Origin: Octopus bimaculoides
Taxonomy: Eukaryota
NCBI RefSeq assembly: GCF_001194135.2
Contig: NC_068982.1
Location: 36,133,167 to 36,197,166, forward strand
Direction of reading: 5' to 3'
Length of the DNA: 64,000 nt
The translations under genes and the position numbers were made by a program. Below the pieces are notes generated by a model. It saw nothing but the letters and a program-made list of their open reading frames with translations. It searched no databases and had not been told where the DNA came from. Position 1 is the first letter of the stretch. Every line of letters starts with the position of its first letter. This document shows, piece by piece, positions 1 through 12,814 of this stretch.

Positions 1-14
1 AGTACATATATAAC

Positions 15-158
15 CACTAGCGTAGCTAGAGTGGGTGCCGCCTGGGGGGGGGGGCCCTTCTGTTTGCCGCTCCGAGACCCCACAAAAAACAGCAGACCCA
101 AAAGTGCCGCCCCTTTAAGAGTGATGCTCAGGGTGAACCGCCCCTAGCTACAGTAGTG
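15..158. mobile_element. hAT-like MITE
   Basis: 15-bp TIR CACTAGCGTAGCTAG / CTAGCTACAGTAGTG (13/15 match) and an 8-bp flanking duplication TATATAAC / TGTATAAC. Confidence 0.7.
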
Positions 159-461
159 TGTATAACCAAAGAAAGTAAACTAGAAAAAGAAAAAAAATCT
201 TTGGAATTTCCTCAAAAGTGAAAAGAAATATGCTCAACTACTGATGAGCGTATAAAATTGGAAAGCTGATAAAAATTTTGCTGTCTGTGGGTATGGCCTT
301 AGAATTTTCTTCAAAACTTTGTTACATGGAATCTGACTTCACGAACCCTGTAGTAAACTGGATGGAGAAATAGAAATATTAAAAAAAACAATTCTTTGTG
401 AGTTGTGCATAAAGGATGTTTAAGATTAATTCTATATCTTTGTTTTATTGTTTTCTGGCAG

Positions 462-520
462 ATGAAATAATTATTCTGAAACGTCGGTTGCCACCTTTTG
501 TTTATGATGGAGCTGACAAG
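462..520 (+). CDS. UBAC1: UBAC1 exon (end of UBL region)
   Basis: ttttctggcag|AT GAA ATA..GAC AAG|gtgagt; (D)[19 protein letters not shown]. Confidence 0.8.
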
Positions 521-3500
521 GTGAGTGATACTTTTGTATATTTTTAAAATATAATTTCCTAGCCTGTAATTTGTAAATTCCTTTTCTAAACCATTGCAAC
601 CTGCTCAAATATGTCTGGAATATCTTATATTTTATTTTATTGTCTGTGTTATCTATAGAACTTAGCCAGCATTCATACAATTTGTGTGTGTGTGTGTGTG
701 TGTTGGGAAAAACTTCAGTTTAGGACTATGAAAGAGTTACATTAATACTATGTTTACAGTCTTTGACTTGTATTTCTTCTTTCTGGAATGTCAGTATGCT
801 TAAAGTAGAAGTTGGTTGATTTTGGCAAATCTTTGAAAGTTTCATATTTGTCCAGAGCAGTCAATGAGAATTACATTGATTTCTGACATTGACACAAGAC
901 TACAAACTTTTAAGGTGGATATAGTCAATTATACTACAGGTGTAGGTGAATGTAATGCAAGATGACTTTGCTGTAACACAAAATCACAAGTTAAGCATGG
1001 GTAGCTCCATTTATTTTTAGTTAGGCCATGAGATGCTTCATGGTTGTTTAGCTCCAGGTCATCCTTGAGAGAGGAGACTTATGATCAAAGATGTTCCAAC
1101 TATGATTATCTTACTTCTTTTTCAGACATAGTGTTTAGGACTTTATTAAGATGGTAAGGTGTGATTTGAGGGAGATTTAGCTGCTATTCCTAAAAAATAG
1201 AACTGTTACATATCATAAATTAATTTTACAATATTTTTTTCTATTTAAGCATGCATTTCTTTTTGTGCTGTCATTAGATTTGTACAACCTTATATAGATG
1301 TCATTTTTAAGTTCTACAGATGTCTGTGTTATTTTAGCCAATAAGTGTCTGCAAGTCATTTTCGACTATTTAAATAGAAGTAAAATTGCTCCTCTCTAAC
1401 TCTCTCATTGATGTCACTGGTAGCCAAAGGTAAACTATCTTATTTTCCTCTTGCTCTAGCCCCTCCCTAGACATTTATCTATGGATTAGCCTCAGTAGTA
1501 TAGAAACTTCAATTTTGCAGTACTTTAAACCAAACATAAAATCATTTGCTGACTGTTATTTTTTACTAGTTTAAAAACTCATCTACACGTCTATTTACCA
1601 TTGTTCTTTATCTGTTGGAAACTTTTTACTTTACAAACATGAATGAAATACTTCCTATGACACATTATTTGACTTTGCAAAACACACATACATTCTCACA
1701 AATACATTTATGAAACTTTACCTAAATAGATTTTGCAATTCAAGATCTGTTATATTCTTGTTTCAGTTACTCATATACCATTTACTATGTAATTATTATT
1801 GCAATATTTATCAAACAAGATCAGAAGAGATCTATTTTCTGCTAGAATTAAAAAAAAAATTATAATCCTTTACTGATGCTATGGATAATTATTTTAATTT
1901 CTTACAAATCTAGTTCCAACCAACTAATAAAATTGTAGATTTTATTTTTTTCATCATTATTTTACTAGCTGACAAAACGCTTAGTAGCATTTTGTCTGTC
2001 TACACATTCTGAGTTCAAAACCTGCCAAGGTTAATTTTGTCTTTCATCCTTTTGGCATTGATAACTACCAGTCAAGCATTGGGGTTGATGTAATAGACTA
2101 TCCCCCTCCACCAAAATTTCAGGCCTTGTGCCTATAGAAGAAAAGATTATTCTATTAGGTTTTTTTCATGTAAGTATAGGATAGATAAGTTCACTGTATT
2201 GTACTTGCACCTCAATCCTGCAGTTTATTTTATTTCATAGTTTTGGTTTTATTTTTTTTACTACCTACATCTGTTTGTTCTCCCCATACCATTTATACTC
2301 TATATTCAGCAACCACTCCTAGTTATGTCTTGTGACTCATCTATGCTTCAATTATCACTGAAGGCAAATGTGTATAATGTCAAATGCAGATTTCTTTATG
2401 TATTCTAACATATTGTCTTCTAATTAAAAGTGCATCAAATCTCACATGCTCTCAGTTTAGGGCTAACACTACTGTACATTTTTCCTACTTAGGAATATCT
2501 GATATGTCACTTTTTATCTTGCTTTTAGATATGCTCCCTGATATCTCATTTATTCTTTTATTTGTTTCAGTCATTTGACTGTGGCCATGCTGGGGCACCA
2601 TCTGGAAGAAATTTAGTCGATCAAATCAACCCCAGGACTTATTTTTTTTTAAAGCCTGGTACTTATTCTATTGGTCACTTTTGCCAAACTGCTAAGTGAC
2701 AGGGATGTAAACACACCAACACTGGTTGGAGGATAAATGCAGACACAGTTGTGCACACACACACACACACACACATACATGATTAGCTCTTTTCACTTTC
2801 CGTCAACCAAATCCATTCACAAGGCTTTGGTTGGTCTGAGGCTATAGTAAAAGACACTTGCCCAAGGTATCATGCATTGGAACTGGACTGGACTGGAACC
2901 ATTTGGCTGGGGAGCAAGCTTCTTACCACACAGCCATGCCTGCATCTTTATCCACTTTTTTTCTATACATGACTTTCATCCCTTGGGATCTATTCTGCTG
3001 CTTTGTTGCCGGCTGTTTTATTGATCCTCTGTTTCAGTTACAAAACTAATCATTTGAAGTCCTTTGGAAATGTCCTGCTACTATGAATCATATGTCATTA
3101 CTTATGAAATATCTTAATTAGAATTATATATTCACATATTTTGGTGAGCCACTAACATGTAATAATTGGTAATATTTCAACCACTTTCTCTGTTGTTTTC
3201 ACAGAAAGAAGAATCACGTAAAGGCCCCAATTCTGAAAGTGTTAATAAAGCTACTGCAGGATTGACTCCTTGTAATATGGAACCGACTACTGATAAACCT
3301 CCCAATGGAGGGGATGTAAGATTTTTTGCTTTCATTGCTGGAAATAAATTTAAAAAATAATGCTTTTTCTTTTTCTTATATACTGTTTGTTATGTCAAAA
3401 CATTAATGAGGTAATAAAGCCATGTTTTAAGAAAGTTTCTTTGCAGAGGTGTTTTACATAGACTGCACCTATAATGTTATAGTCTTATTGTTAAGTTAAT

Positions 3501-6500
3501 GTTATCAATGCAGGAAGCATTAAAAACCTGGATACTGGTGCCACATAAACAGCAGCTGTGCCGGTGCTGTGTAAAAGCATCCAGTGCACTCTTGTTAAGT
3601 GGTTGGAATTAGGAAAGTCATCCAGCTGTAGAAACCATGCCAAAACAGACATGGAGTCTGGGCAGTTCTTCAGCTGGCCAGCTCCTGTCAAACTGTTTGA
3701 TCCATGCCAGCATGGAAAACAAGCGTTAAATGATGATGATGATGGCATATTATGACCTTGTATCATCCTGTACATTTTGTACGTTTATATATGCATCCTG
3801 TACATTTACATGGTATTTCTTTCATTACTACTTTGGCTAGTTCAATGAAGTCTGTGCTCTTCTGATGAGGTAATAAGACCAGAACACGTTCAGAACTGTC
3901 ATTTATTTGTCCATTTTTACAATAATTTTTACAATCATTAGCATGGGTTACATAAATACTTATTGTTGAAGCTTTATTTAACAGCTGGATGGCCTTCTTG
4001 CCACTAACCCTCTCTTGTTTTTCAAACGAGATTGTTTTTCATTCTGTATGTCTTCAAAAGCACAAAGGATTTGCTGGCAGGGAAATGTCAACGGAAAACA
4101 TTGACCATGGCTCATGATCACAGAATGTAAACATCGATACACACACACACATGCGTGCACTCGCGTGCGGCTTTGTAGGCAATAATAGAAGACATTTGGC
4201 CAAGGTGTCATGCAGTAGGACTGAAAACCATGTGGTTGCAAAGTGAATTTCTTAACTACACAGTCATGCTTACATGTATTATGTATTTGCTATAAAAACA
4301 AAAACAAACATTGTTAGTCAGTGATTAATTTTGATTTTTCCTTGTCATAAAATTATTTCTTGTTAGCTTTTAATTTTCTATTACGTTTTGTATTGACGAC
4401 ATCTCTTCAATTACTTAATATGTATATTTTATTGACATAACTTAATTGTTTATTAACTTATATCTAGAATCTTAATATGTTCACCTATACCAGTGATTCA
4501 CATAACCCTTGGGGTTCCATGTAAGAATTTGTTGATAAAATTTATGTGAAATAAATTGGTTATACTTCTACAATACAATATTTCAACCATTTTTTAAATA
4601 CAATCCCTAATAATATTTCATTATAAACATATAATAGGATTTTTTAAACATCGAGTGGCTGTTGGGGTCCCCCCCCCCAAGTAAAATAGGAATCAATGGA
4701 TCTATAAGAAAAAAATGGTTGAGAACTACTTATCTATGACAACTTCTAATTAGTATTTTCTTTATTTAAAATTTCAGTTTCAATCAGAATTTAGGAAGAT
4801 ATTAATTACTTTGATTGAAGCATCTCAGAAAATTCTGTGCCTAAAGCCAGACGCATCAAAAATTTTTAGACATGCTGAAGGTAAGTAATTTTTAGTTCTT
4901 TTTATACAGATCTTGAAAGTTACACAGTATATATGAGGCTAAACTATTGATATATTAATGATTATATAACCATAAATTTGAGCTTTGCTGTAGTCATTGT
5001 GTTATATCTTTTTGGCAAGACATTATTGACATTTTCAGTTTGTGGCTAAGGGTTTTATATTACTAAGAATTTCAACTGTAAAAGCAAAAGCTGCAGCAAT
5101 AATATGCTAAGTCATTGTCATAATCATCATTTATTATTTTAACATCTATTTTCCCATTATGATATGTGTTGAACAGATTGACAAGTTGAGATATTACTTC
5201 ACCTCATGATCCTATCATTTTGAGCCCCACCTCATTATGTATTTTCATTCTTTGATCTTCCCCTATCAACATACAACCCACCCCCCAGTAAATGTCTTTC
5301 AATCTTGTTGCATGTCTGTTCTAATGCTGATGCCTATGAAACCTCACCATTTTTTCAGTATAGCAGTCCTCTGCATTACATGCAAGTAAAGTTGTATATC
5401 CAATGGCTCATACTTTCATCTACTTATAAGAAAAAATGAATGTGATGAAAGTTTTTTTGTTAGTATTTTTAATTAGTTATGAAATTCAACTTTAAGCCAG
5501 TATAAACCTAGAAATGAACTTAAAGTGACATTTGAAACTATTTCTATTACCTTTTAACTGATTGAAACTGTAAAGATGTTTATTACTTTTCCTTTTAGAA
5601 ATCAGTAACCAATATCTACCTTGTGCCTCAAAAATGGATGAAACCACTGTAAAGAAGCTAACTGACATGGGATTCCCAGAAGACAGAGCACGTAAGGCTC
5701 TAGCCCTTAACAAGTAAGACTTTTTGTACAATTCATTTCTGAAATGCTTAAGTTGGTTTTTAGTATTTTTATATATTGCTACTCTATTTTGTGTGGAAAT
5801 TTGTATCACTTTGTTTGAATGAATGTTTGTTCTGGTTTAAAGAATGCTTGTTTGCCCAATCCTTTCATTCAGTGTGACTGTATTATTTAGTTGATATGTT
5901 AATTCTCCTTTCTACAACATTCAAAATCTTTTATGAAGTTGTGTCCTTAACTAAGAAGTGAAGTCCTACATTCCCAGTGTATTGGCTATATCTTATTTGA
6001 TCATTATTGATATTTTTTGCCTGTAGACTTTGCTTCAGCCATTAGTGTTTTAAAAAACAGCTTATGATAATGTTTCATATGCAGTAATAATGTTTAGAAC
6101 AATCATTGAAGCTATTTTATATTATTTGTATTCACTTGTGAATATTGAGCTACATTACATGCTTAATTTTAAGTGATGCAAATAAAGAGATTATAAAAAT
6201 GTAATATTTAAAATGCAAACATATACTTACCATTCAGTCCTGGATAAATCAACAATAAATTTAGTATTTTAATTTCTTCATGTTAAAATTATAACTTTTG
6301 TTTCCAAAATCTTTGTAGAATTCTGTGTATTATTCCTATGTATTTTTTCAAAATATTCAAATTCTGAAATTTTTTTTCCTTATTTGATCATTTTAGAATG
6401 CTGTCCTCTAATTTTTGAGTTAGCTCTACTTCTAAACATTTCTTGCATGTTCTTTATAGGATGAACTTCCTTCTAGCTATGGAGTGGCTTCTTACACATA

Positions 6501-9500
6501 ACTCTAATTCTGATACGGATACTCCTCTAAGTAATGAAGAAGACGAAGAAAATGAAGAAACTGAAAAACAGCAATTAGTAAGAACCAGATGTACATAGTA
6601 TTGTAATTAATGTATTACATTGCCAAGCTGCATTTAGTTGGGGATTTCCACTTCCTAAAACATATTAGCTCTTTAGACTCAGGTATAGAACACAACAGTA
6701 TGTTTTAGTTATTTGAAATGTATACATTGTTAAATAACAATCTATTGTCATTGTTGCCTGTTAGAAATATTTAAAGATGTATGGATGAGATGGTTTATTT
6801 GTTGAAACATTTGATTTATTTTGCCATGTGCCCTTCCTGTTGCTAGCCACTCAGCCATGAATTAGTGTGGCATCTATTTTTTGCCACCCAGACAAAACTC
6901 TAACAAGCAGTACTATGTCTCTTGTTAAGGGGCACAAAATCTATGGCTGTAACATGATTTCACTTGATAACCATGAGGTTATTAGCTAAGCATTCCTTTT
7001 ACAGCCATTTCACAACATTGTTCTCATCATCACCATTAGCAAGAAAGTCTCACTGTTTACAATTTAAAATTTGATATCTTAAAATTTTTTTTTCTTCAAC
7101 AATAATATTGAATAAATGAATGTTAGTAGAAAATTGCATTCTTTGTTTTCTTACATAGGAAGGGGCCACTGCTGCTACCCCCAACCAATCAGCAAAAGCA
7201 AATAGTCTAATAAATTCTTTGAAACGGTTCAAAAAGAGAGAATTCCGTCCAAATCCGAGGGTGAGTTACCAATATGTTTCATTATCTAGGGTAGTTGTCT
7301 TAATGTTCTTAATAAAGCATAACGCTTTAGGCAAATAGAGTTAGCTAAATCACTCATATCACCCAAGTGAGAGAGTCATGGTGCAATGTTGAAGCTAAAT
7401 ACATAGGATTTTTGTCCTGAAGCTAGTATTTAAATACTTCATTTATTAAAATATTCATTCATTAAATTTTGAGCTTTGCTTTCACTAAATGTTCTATTGT
7501 CATTATTGAAATTAAAATATCATACTTCAAATAATTTTAGAAAGCAGTTTGATTAAAAATACATGTCAGTTTTTCTAGAGTTCTAAAATAGGAGTTTTAG
7601 TATCCCAAAGTTTGAATTATTAAAAGCAGGTTTCAAAGCTATATTGTTTTCAGTTATCATTTCTGAACTAGTTATATGATAATCCTTCTGACAGAACTTA
7701 TACTCTTTTATCTAATGAAGCTAATTTTAAAAGATGTTTAGGATACTCTTTTCTTTGTTGCATAGTAAATAAGTTAGTGATACTGGCATTGACTGAATGT
7801 ACATTTCTTATTGATGGAGAAAAAGGTTGAGATTACTTTTATTTTAAAATTGCTTTTTTTTTTCATTTTTCATTAATTAATTCACACATTCATTTGTATG
7901 TTAGCTCAGTTTCACATGCTAAACTTCCTATTTTAACACCCACTTTGTCATTTTCTCTCTCTTCTTACATCCTTTACTACAAAGTAAGATGGGCTTGGAA
8001 GATCACTCATTCATTCACCCACTAAATATAGTTAAGAATGAAGGTTTTATATTCTATTTTGACAGGCTCTGCTCACATTAATGGAAATGGGTTTTGAAGA
8101 ATCTGAGGCTATCAGTGCTCTCCGTGTGGCTGGTAATAATCAAGATACAGCTGTAAGTTTATATTTGATTTTAAAATATGTAATGTTTATGGATAATATA
8201 AAAACAAGAGTGAGCTGAAGATAACTTAGAGCAAAGTTATTGTAATGAGCAGACTTTTGTTATAGATTACATATGTACCATTCACAAAACTCCACTCTCT
8301 GGTTTGGTTCATCTTTGAGATTATGGTCTATTCCTGGAATGTAACTTTTCCAATGAGAGTGCTTTAAATGTAATGGGTGCTTGATTTTGAAATTTGTATC
8401 TGACAGCTTACTTGCTGCACAGATTTTCTTGAACTCTGACGAAATACGTTTCCAGTACCCTTTTTTGCTTTCTGGGACTTTTCTTGCAGTCATCCAGAAC
8501 ATTTCTTGTGATGGTAAGTCACATAGGAGGATCAGTTTGAAACTCATTTCTAAATTGTTTTTGCACTTCAGCTGCATTTTCAAACTTCCAGTAGCACTTT
8601 AGGACAAATTTCCTTTGTTCAAAGGTTTAGTCCAGGTCTCTTCATTATTTCTATATCAAAGAAAAGAAAATTGAGTTTTTAGCTTTTAAAGTGTGTATAC
8701 ATTTTTTGGGACACACACATATAAACACACACGTGTGTGTGTGTAATTAGATACATCAAATATATTAAATATATTAGTTTGGGTATGAAATACAAAATAT
8801 GTGTGGTAAGTAGCTTGCTTACCAACCACATGGTTCTGGGTTCAGTCCCACTGCTTGGCACCTTGGGCAAGTGTCTTCTACTATAACCTCGGGCCGACCA
8901 AAGCCTTGTGAGTGGATTTGGTAGACGGAAACTGAAAGAAGCCTGTCGTATATATGTATATATATGTATGTGTGTGTATATGTTTGTCCCCCCCAACTTT
9001 ACTTGACAACCGATGCTGGTGTGTTTACGTCCCCGTAACTTAGCGGTTCGGCAAAAGAGACCGATAGAATAAGTACTAGGCTTACAAAGAATAAGTCCTG
9101 GGGTCGATTTGCTCGACTAAAGGCGGTGCTCCAGCATGGCTGCAGTCAAATGACTGAAACAAGTAAAAGAGTAAAAGAGTATGTATACATGTAAAACGAG
9201 AAAGGTGGAATCTTTCAGATGATGAATTTTTAAGTATAAATAATATAAATATTTATATTAATAAGTCCAACTGACACAGAGTACAAATGACAGGTGGAAT
9301 AATTAAATATGGAGAGTTAGCTGTATTATTGGATTTTTGGTCATAGTAGAGAGCTTTTCACCTCATTTGAGTGATGAAGTCGTTTGTTTTCTGTAGTAAG
9401 AGATCAATGTAGAGATCCCTCAGTGGGATTGGAATATTCTTTATAGATGTACCCAAGAGTTGCTTATCAATGAGTGTTATCTATATGTAGTGCTCAGCCA

Positions 9501-9710
9501 ACTAATAGGTGTATAGTTCACAGATGAGAACTAGAGATTCTTTGTGTAGAAGACACTTAGTAGCTCAAAAGATTCAAACTTAGACTCTGATGTCTTTACA
9601 AGGGATCATTCCACAAGGTAAAGAAAGGCTATAAGAGGGACCAAGTTGAGTGGGTATGTAGGCAATTATACAGATAAACAAATTAGATGCATCGAATATT
9701 TATTTACTAC

Positions 9711-9779
<69 letters not shown>

Positions 9780-12700
9780 TTCAAAATGATACAAAAGACT
9801 GAGATAGGTAAGGGAACAACAAACAGGGTGTATTAGTTTGATGCTTAGGAAAAATGGAAAAAAGTCTTTGACATTTTGAGCATACATTCTTCTGCAGAAA
9901 GGAATGAGGAGAGGTAAAAAGGTGTCTGGATTAATGGTTGCACATGTTGAATTGACCTTATATACATTCCTACATTCAATGTCTTGGGTACTCTTGTTTG
10001 AAAAACTACTTACTAATAAATATATAAACAAATGGATATGTAAAGATTATATGTCAGATTCCATGCAAATATTAACCAGTTTGAAAATTTTCATATGTTG
10101 TTGGGGTAGATATTTACATGGATTGATGTCTTTGCAAATTTATCTAATTAGATAAAGTAAATGACAATAGAATAGTGTTTTTCTTTCAGAAATAACTATA
10201 TTATAGTAGTCCTCTACCTTAAGTAATCAATCTTACTAATTACTAAATTATCTAAATTTTCGAACTCATCTAATATATATCAGCATAAAAAAACTACCAA
10301 ACTTTAAATTATATTGTTTTATTACTGTTATTCAGCTGAAGGTGTTAACTCAAGTATATATATTGGTAAAGAGCTGAGTTAATGTTTAGTTGGTCTACTG
10401 TATGTAAGTTATAAAAATATGCCTGGGTGATACTGAGAGATGTTGTGATGACAGTCATGAAGGATTTAAAAATTAAAAAAACATTTTTTCCCTGTATTTC
10501 TTTAGTGTGAATGGTTGCTAGGTGATCGCAAGACTGTCCCAAGTGATGTTGATGAAGGACTTGATGTCAATGGTCCAATCTATAAAGCCATTATGTCAAA
10601 TCCAATAATTCAAGTGGGACTGAATAATCCAAGATGTTTATTAGGTAAGTCTTTTGTTAATAAGTTATTTTATGTGCTTATTATCATATTTGATGGCAAA
10701 TGAGGCACTTAAAAAAATGTCTGAAAAAGTAATCATCCCTGAGTCCTATATGTAAAGTTAAGCCTCCCACAAACTTTAAAACATTAAAAACATTTTTTAT
10801 CCTGAATATGTGCTATTAAAACTGGGGTGCATCTAATATGCCAATGCATCTTTTATGCTATCGAATACAATTACTACAACTTATTTTTTTCTTATTTCAT
10901 GATACCATATTCAGAATGCCTAAGTCTGTGTGGCTGCTCAACTACCTTGAATTAGCATCCACATCTCCTTTAGATTATATCTACCCTGTTAATAAGAAGA
11001 CATTTTGGATAATGTTGTCTTAAATAAGACTGTGTCTAAAACTATCCCTGGATGATCATGGCTGGAATATATATATTCATTAGAGGTCTATTTATGAACA
11101 ACAATTATGTTTTTGTGACCCACAAAAAAAAGTAATCAAGTTAATTTTGTACTATCTGCACAACTATATCTTTCTTCACTGAATATATACTGGTCCTAAA
11201 AATGGATTTTTCAAATACCTTTTGGTTTTATGCTGCATAAAATTATAGTTTTAATCCAACATATTTATTTATCCATTATTATTTATTTACAATGTTTGTT
11301 TATTTTTTTCATTAATTTTCAAATGTTACAGTCATGTTTATTTGTCAATAAAGTTTACAAAATTGAGTAAGTTTGTGTTGATTAAAGAAGAGAAGTGAAC
11401 AACATGAGAATGTTCAATGGTCAAGACAAAAACATGTGAGCACATACTCTCCAGAACAAAGATAGAGTTTTAAATGGCAACATGGCTTCTAGAAACAAAA
11501 AGTAAATGGTGAGGAGAGGTGGGTAGAGAGAGAGAAAATTTGTTGATGCTAGTGTAAGAAACATTTTCTTTGTTTGCCTGTATGAGAAATGATCCCTGAT
11601 ATAAGGGAATATTACGTAATGAGAGGTGGTTCTGTAGAGCAGCTTGATAAATAGAAATGCAGGCCACAGGTTTGGCAATTCCTTGACTGTTGTTGTAGAT
11701 ACTAAGAGGATGTTCAAGAATGTCCTTTATATACAGCAAATGAAGTTGGTGTAGGTGCAGTCAAAGTGGTTGGTAATGTATAACTTACTATTCTGTATCT
11801 TTGTTTTTTTCACTTTTAGCCAACTAATTTGCATAAGTACAGGTGTAACTGTGTAACTGAAAAGCTTGCTTCTGAATCATATGGTTCTGGGTTCAGTTCC
11901 ATTTCATGGTACTACAGCCATAGGACAACCAAGGCCTTGTGAGTGGATTTGGTTGATGGAAACTGAATGAAGCTCAAATGTATGTATGTATGTATGAGCA
12001 AGAGTGTTAGTGTTGCCTTGTCTTGACATTATATGACAGAAGTAAATGAGCGTTACTGTCATACAAGCAATGTCAATTCATTTCCAGACATGGCTAGCCA
12101 AGGGGAAAATATAACTTTACTTGGAAACAGGTGAGGGTTGGTGACAGGAAGGGCATCTACCTCAACAAATTCTGACCAACTCAAGCAAACATGAAAAAGT
12201 GGCTGTTAAAAAGATAATGTGTTTTGTTGTGCTTGTATAGGTAAACATCTTTTTAATTCCTCCCATTTATTTTTGCTTTATTACTCTAACCTGTGACTTG
12301 GTCAGCTCCCCTTACTCTTTTCTTAAACTCTTCTTGCAGCCATCTCATTCCTTCAGCAAAAGCCTCTTCCTGAAATTTTAGAATTCAGCTCTTTTCATAA
12401 CACATGAATTTATTTTATTTTTAAAACTGTATTCGCTGATTTTCGCCAACACAGCTCATCGCTAATTTCTTTTGATTTTAAGGAAATGGGTGGGGAGAAT
12501 CTGTATTTTGCATGTATAGCATTTAGTTGAAAAGGGAAGTTGTTGCCTTTTTATGAGAAATGAAATATTGCTATTGTTTTTTCTATTCTTAATTTCAGAT
12601 TTTATTAGATCTATTAATTATTGTTGTTATTTATTTTGTTACAGCATTCATTTTGATGCTAGAGAGTCCTTTGACAGCAAATCAATGGTTGAGTGATGCT

Positions 12701-12814
12701 GAAACAGGTCCTGTCTTGCTACAAGTTTCTCGAATTTATCATGCTGAAAAGAACTCCAACAAAGCTTTGGCATCTCAGAACAGTCTAGGTCTTGGAGGTA
12801 GCACCAGTAGATGA
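462..12814 (+). CDS. UBAC1: Ubiquitin-associated domain-containing protein 1 (KPC2), spliced, 5'-partial; join(462..520,3205..3315,4778..4880,5599..5713,6460..6577,7159..7260,8066..8152,10506..10644,12645..12814)
   Basis: Nine GT-AG exons with consistent phases. Translation includes [17 protein letters not shown]1 ([30 protein letters not shown]), [15 protein letters not shown]2 ([25 protein letters not shown]) and STI1-like [24 protein letters not shown], matching vertebrate UBAC1 as recalled. Stop TGA at 12812-12814. Confidence 0.95.
1965..2150 (+). mobile_element. tRNA-related SINE, family A (core ..ctttcatcctttcggggtcgat..)
   Basis: Degenerate B-box-like gagttcaaa plus the core shared with at least 8 other copies in the window. 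Confidence 0.75.
2560..2950 (-). mobile_element. tRNA-headed SINE, family C (internal CA microsatellite)
   Basis: Reverse complement of the 8790-9180 element (ccttgtgagtggattt, gactgaaacaa tail). Confidence 0.8.
3205..3315 (+). CDS. UBAC1: UBAC1 exon
   Basis: ttttcacag|AAA..GAT|gtaaga; [37 protein letters not shown]. Confidence 0.85.
3520..3750 (+). mobile_element. SINE family B with (GAT)n tail
   Basis: ggttgg..aggaa..catccagctgtagaaaccatgcc..catgccagcatggaaa..ttaaatgatgatgatg. Confidence 0.8.
3975..4270 (-). mobile_element. SINE with a family C head and a family B-like tail
   Basis: On the minus strand: caaccacatggtt..ccttggccaaatgtcttcta head followed by a gggttagtggcaagaaggccatccagctg tail. 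Confidence 0.65.
4491..4731. mobile_element. hAT/Charlie-like MITE (degenerate)
   Basis: Ends CAGTGATTC.. and ..GGTTGAGAACTACT resemble Charlie-type TIRs. Confidence 0.55.
4778..4880 (+). CDS. UBAC1: UBAC1 exon
   Basis: atttcag|TTT..GAA G|gtaagt; [34 protein letters not shown]. Confidence 0.92.
5599..5713 (+). CDS. UBAC1: UBAC1 exon (UBA1)
   Basis: ccttttag|AA..AAC AA|gtaaga; [26 protein letters not shown]. Confidence 0.93.
6460..6577 (+). CDS. UBAC1: UBAC1 exon
   Basis: tttatag|G ATG..TTA|gtaaga; [39 protein letters not shown]. Confidence 0.92.
7159..7260 (+). CDS. UBAC1: UBAC1 exon
   Basis: ttacatag|GAA..AGG|gtgagt; [34 protein letters not shown]. Confidence 0.92.
8066..8152 (+). CDS. 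UBAC1: UBAC1 exon (UBA2)
   Basis: ttttgacag|GCT..GCT|gtaagt; [29 protein letters not shown]. Confidence 0.93.
8260..8720 (-). mobile_element. Tc1/mariner-type transposase 5' relic
   Basis: ORF ..[27 protein letters not shown] resembles the HPY..D...R.EFCEW motif; a TIR-like gtgtcccaaaaaatgtatacacacttta lies near 8716. Confidence 0.6.
8790..9180 (+). mobile_element. tRNA-headed SINE, family C, near full length
   Basis: ggtaagtagcttgcttaccaaccacatggttctgggttcagtccc head, internal TA/TG repeat, gtaaaagagtaaaagag tail. Confidence 0.85.
9290..10200 (-). mobile_element. Penelope-like retroelement remnant interrupted by (TA)n
   Basis: Degenerate RT C-terminal-like frame on - and a caaactaatacaccctgtttgttgttccc 3' motif; family call is from memory. 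Confidence 0.5.
9712..9776. repeat. (TA)n microsatellite
   Basis: Uninterrupted TA run. Confidence 0.97.
10506..10644 (+). CDS. UBAC1: UBAC1 exon
   Basis: ttctttag|TGT..TTA G|gtaagt; [46 protein letters not shown]. Confidence 0.94.
11400..11760 (-). mobile_element. CR1/L2-like LINE RT remnant
   Basis: [24 protein letters not shown] resembles a degenerate LYINDL region. Confidence 0.45.
11840..12215 (+). mobile_element. SINE with a family C head and a family B-like tail
   Basis: catatggttctgggttcagttcc..ccttgtgagtggatttgg head; gagggttggtgacaggaagggcatc tail. Confidence 0.7.
12645..12814 (+). CDS. UBAC1: UBAC1 terminal coding exon
   Basis: ttgttacag|CA TTC..AGA TGA; [56 protein letters not shown]. 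Confidence 0.93.

Noticed and set aside
9666-10031. 121-aa ORF with a YIYIYI run (and similar ORFs at 53957-54301)
   Set aside because: This is translation through (TA)n inside a retroelement remnant or microsatellite field.
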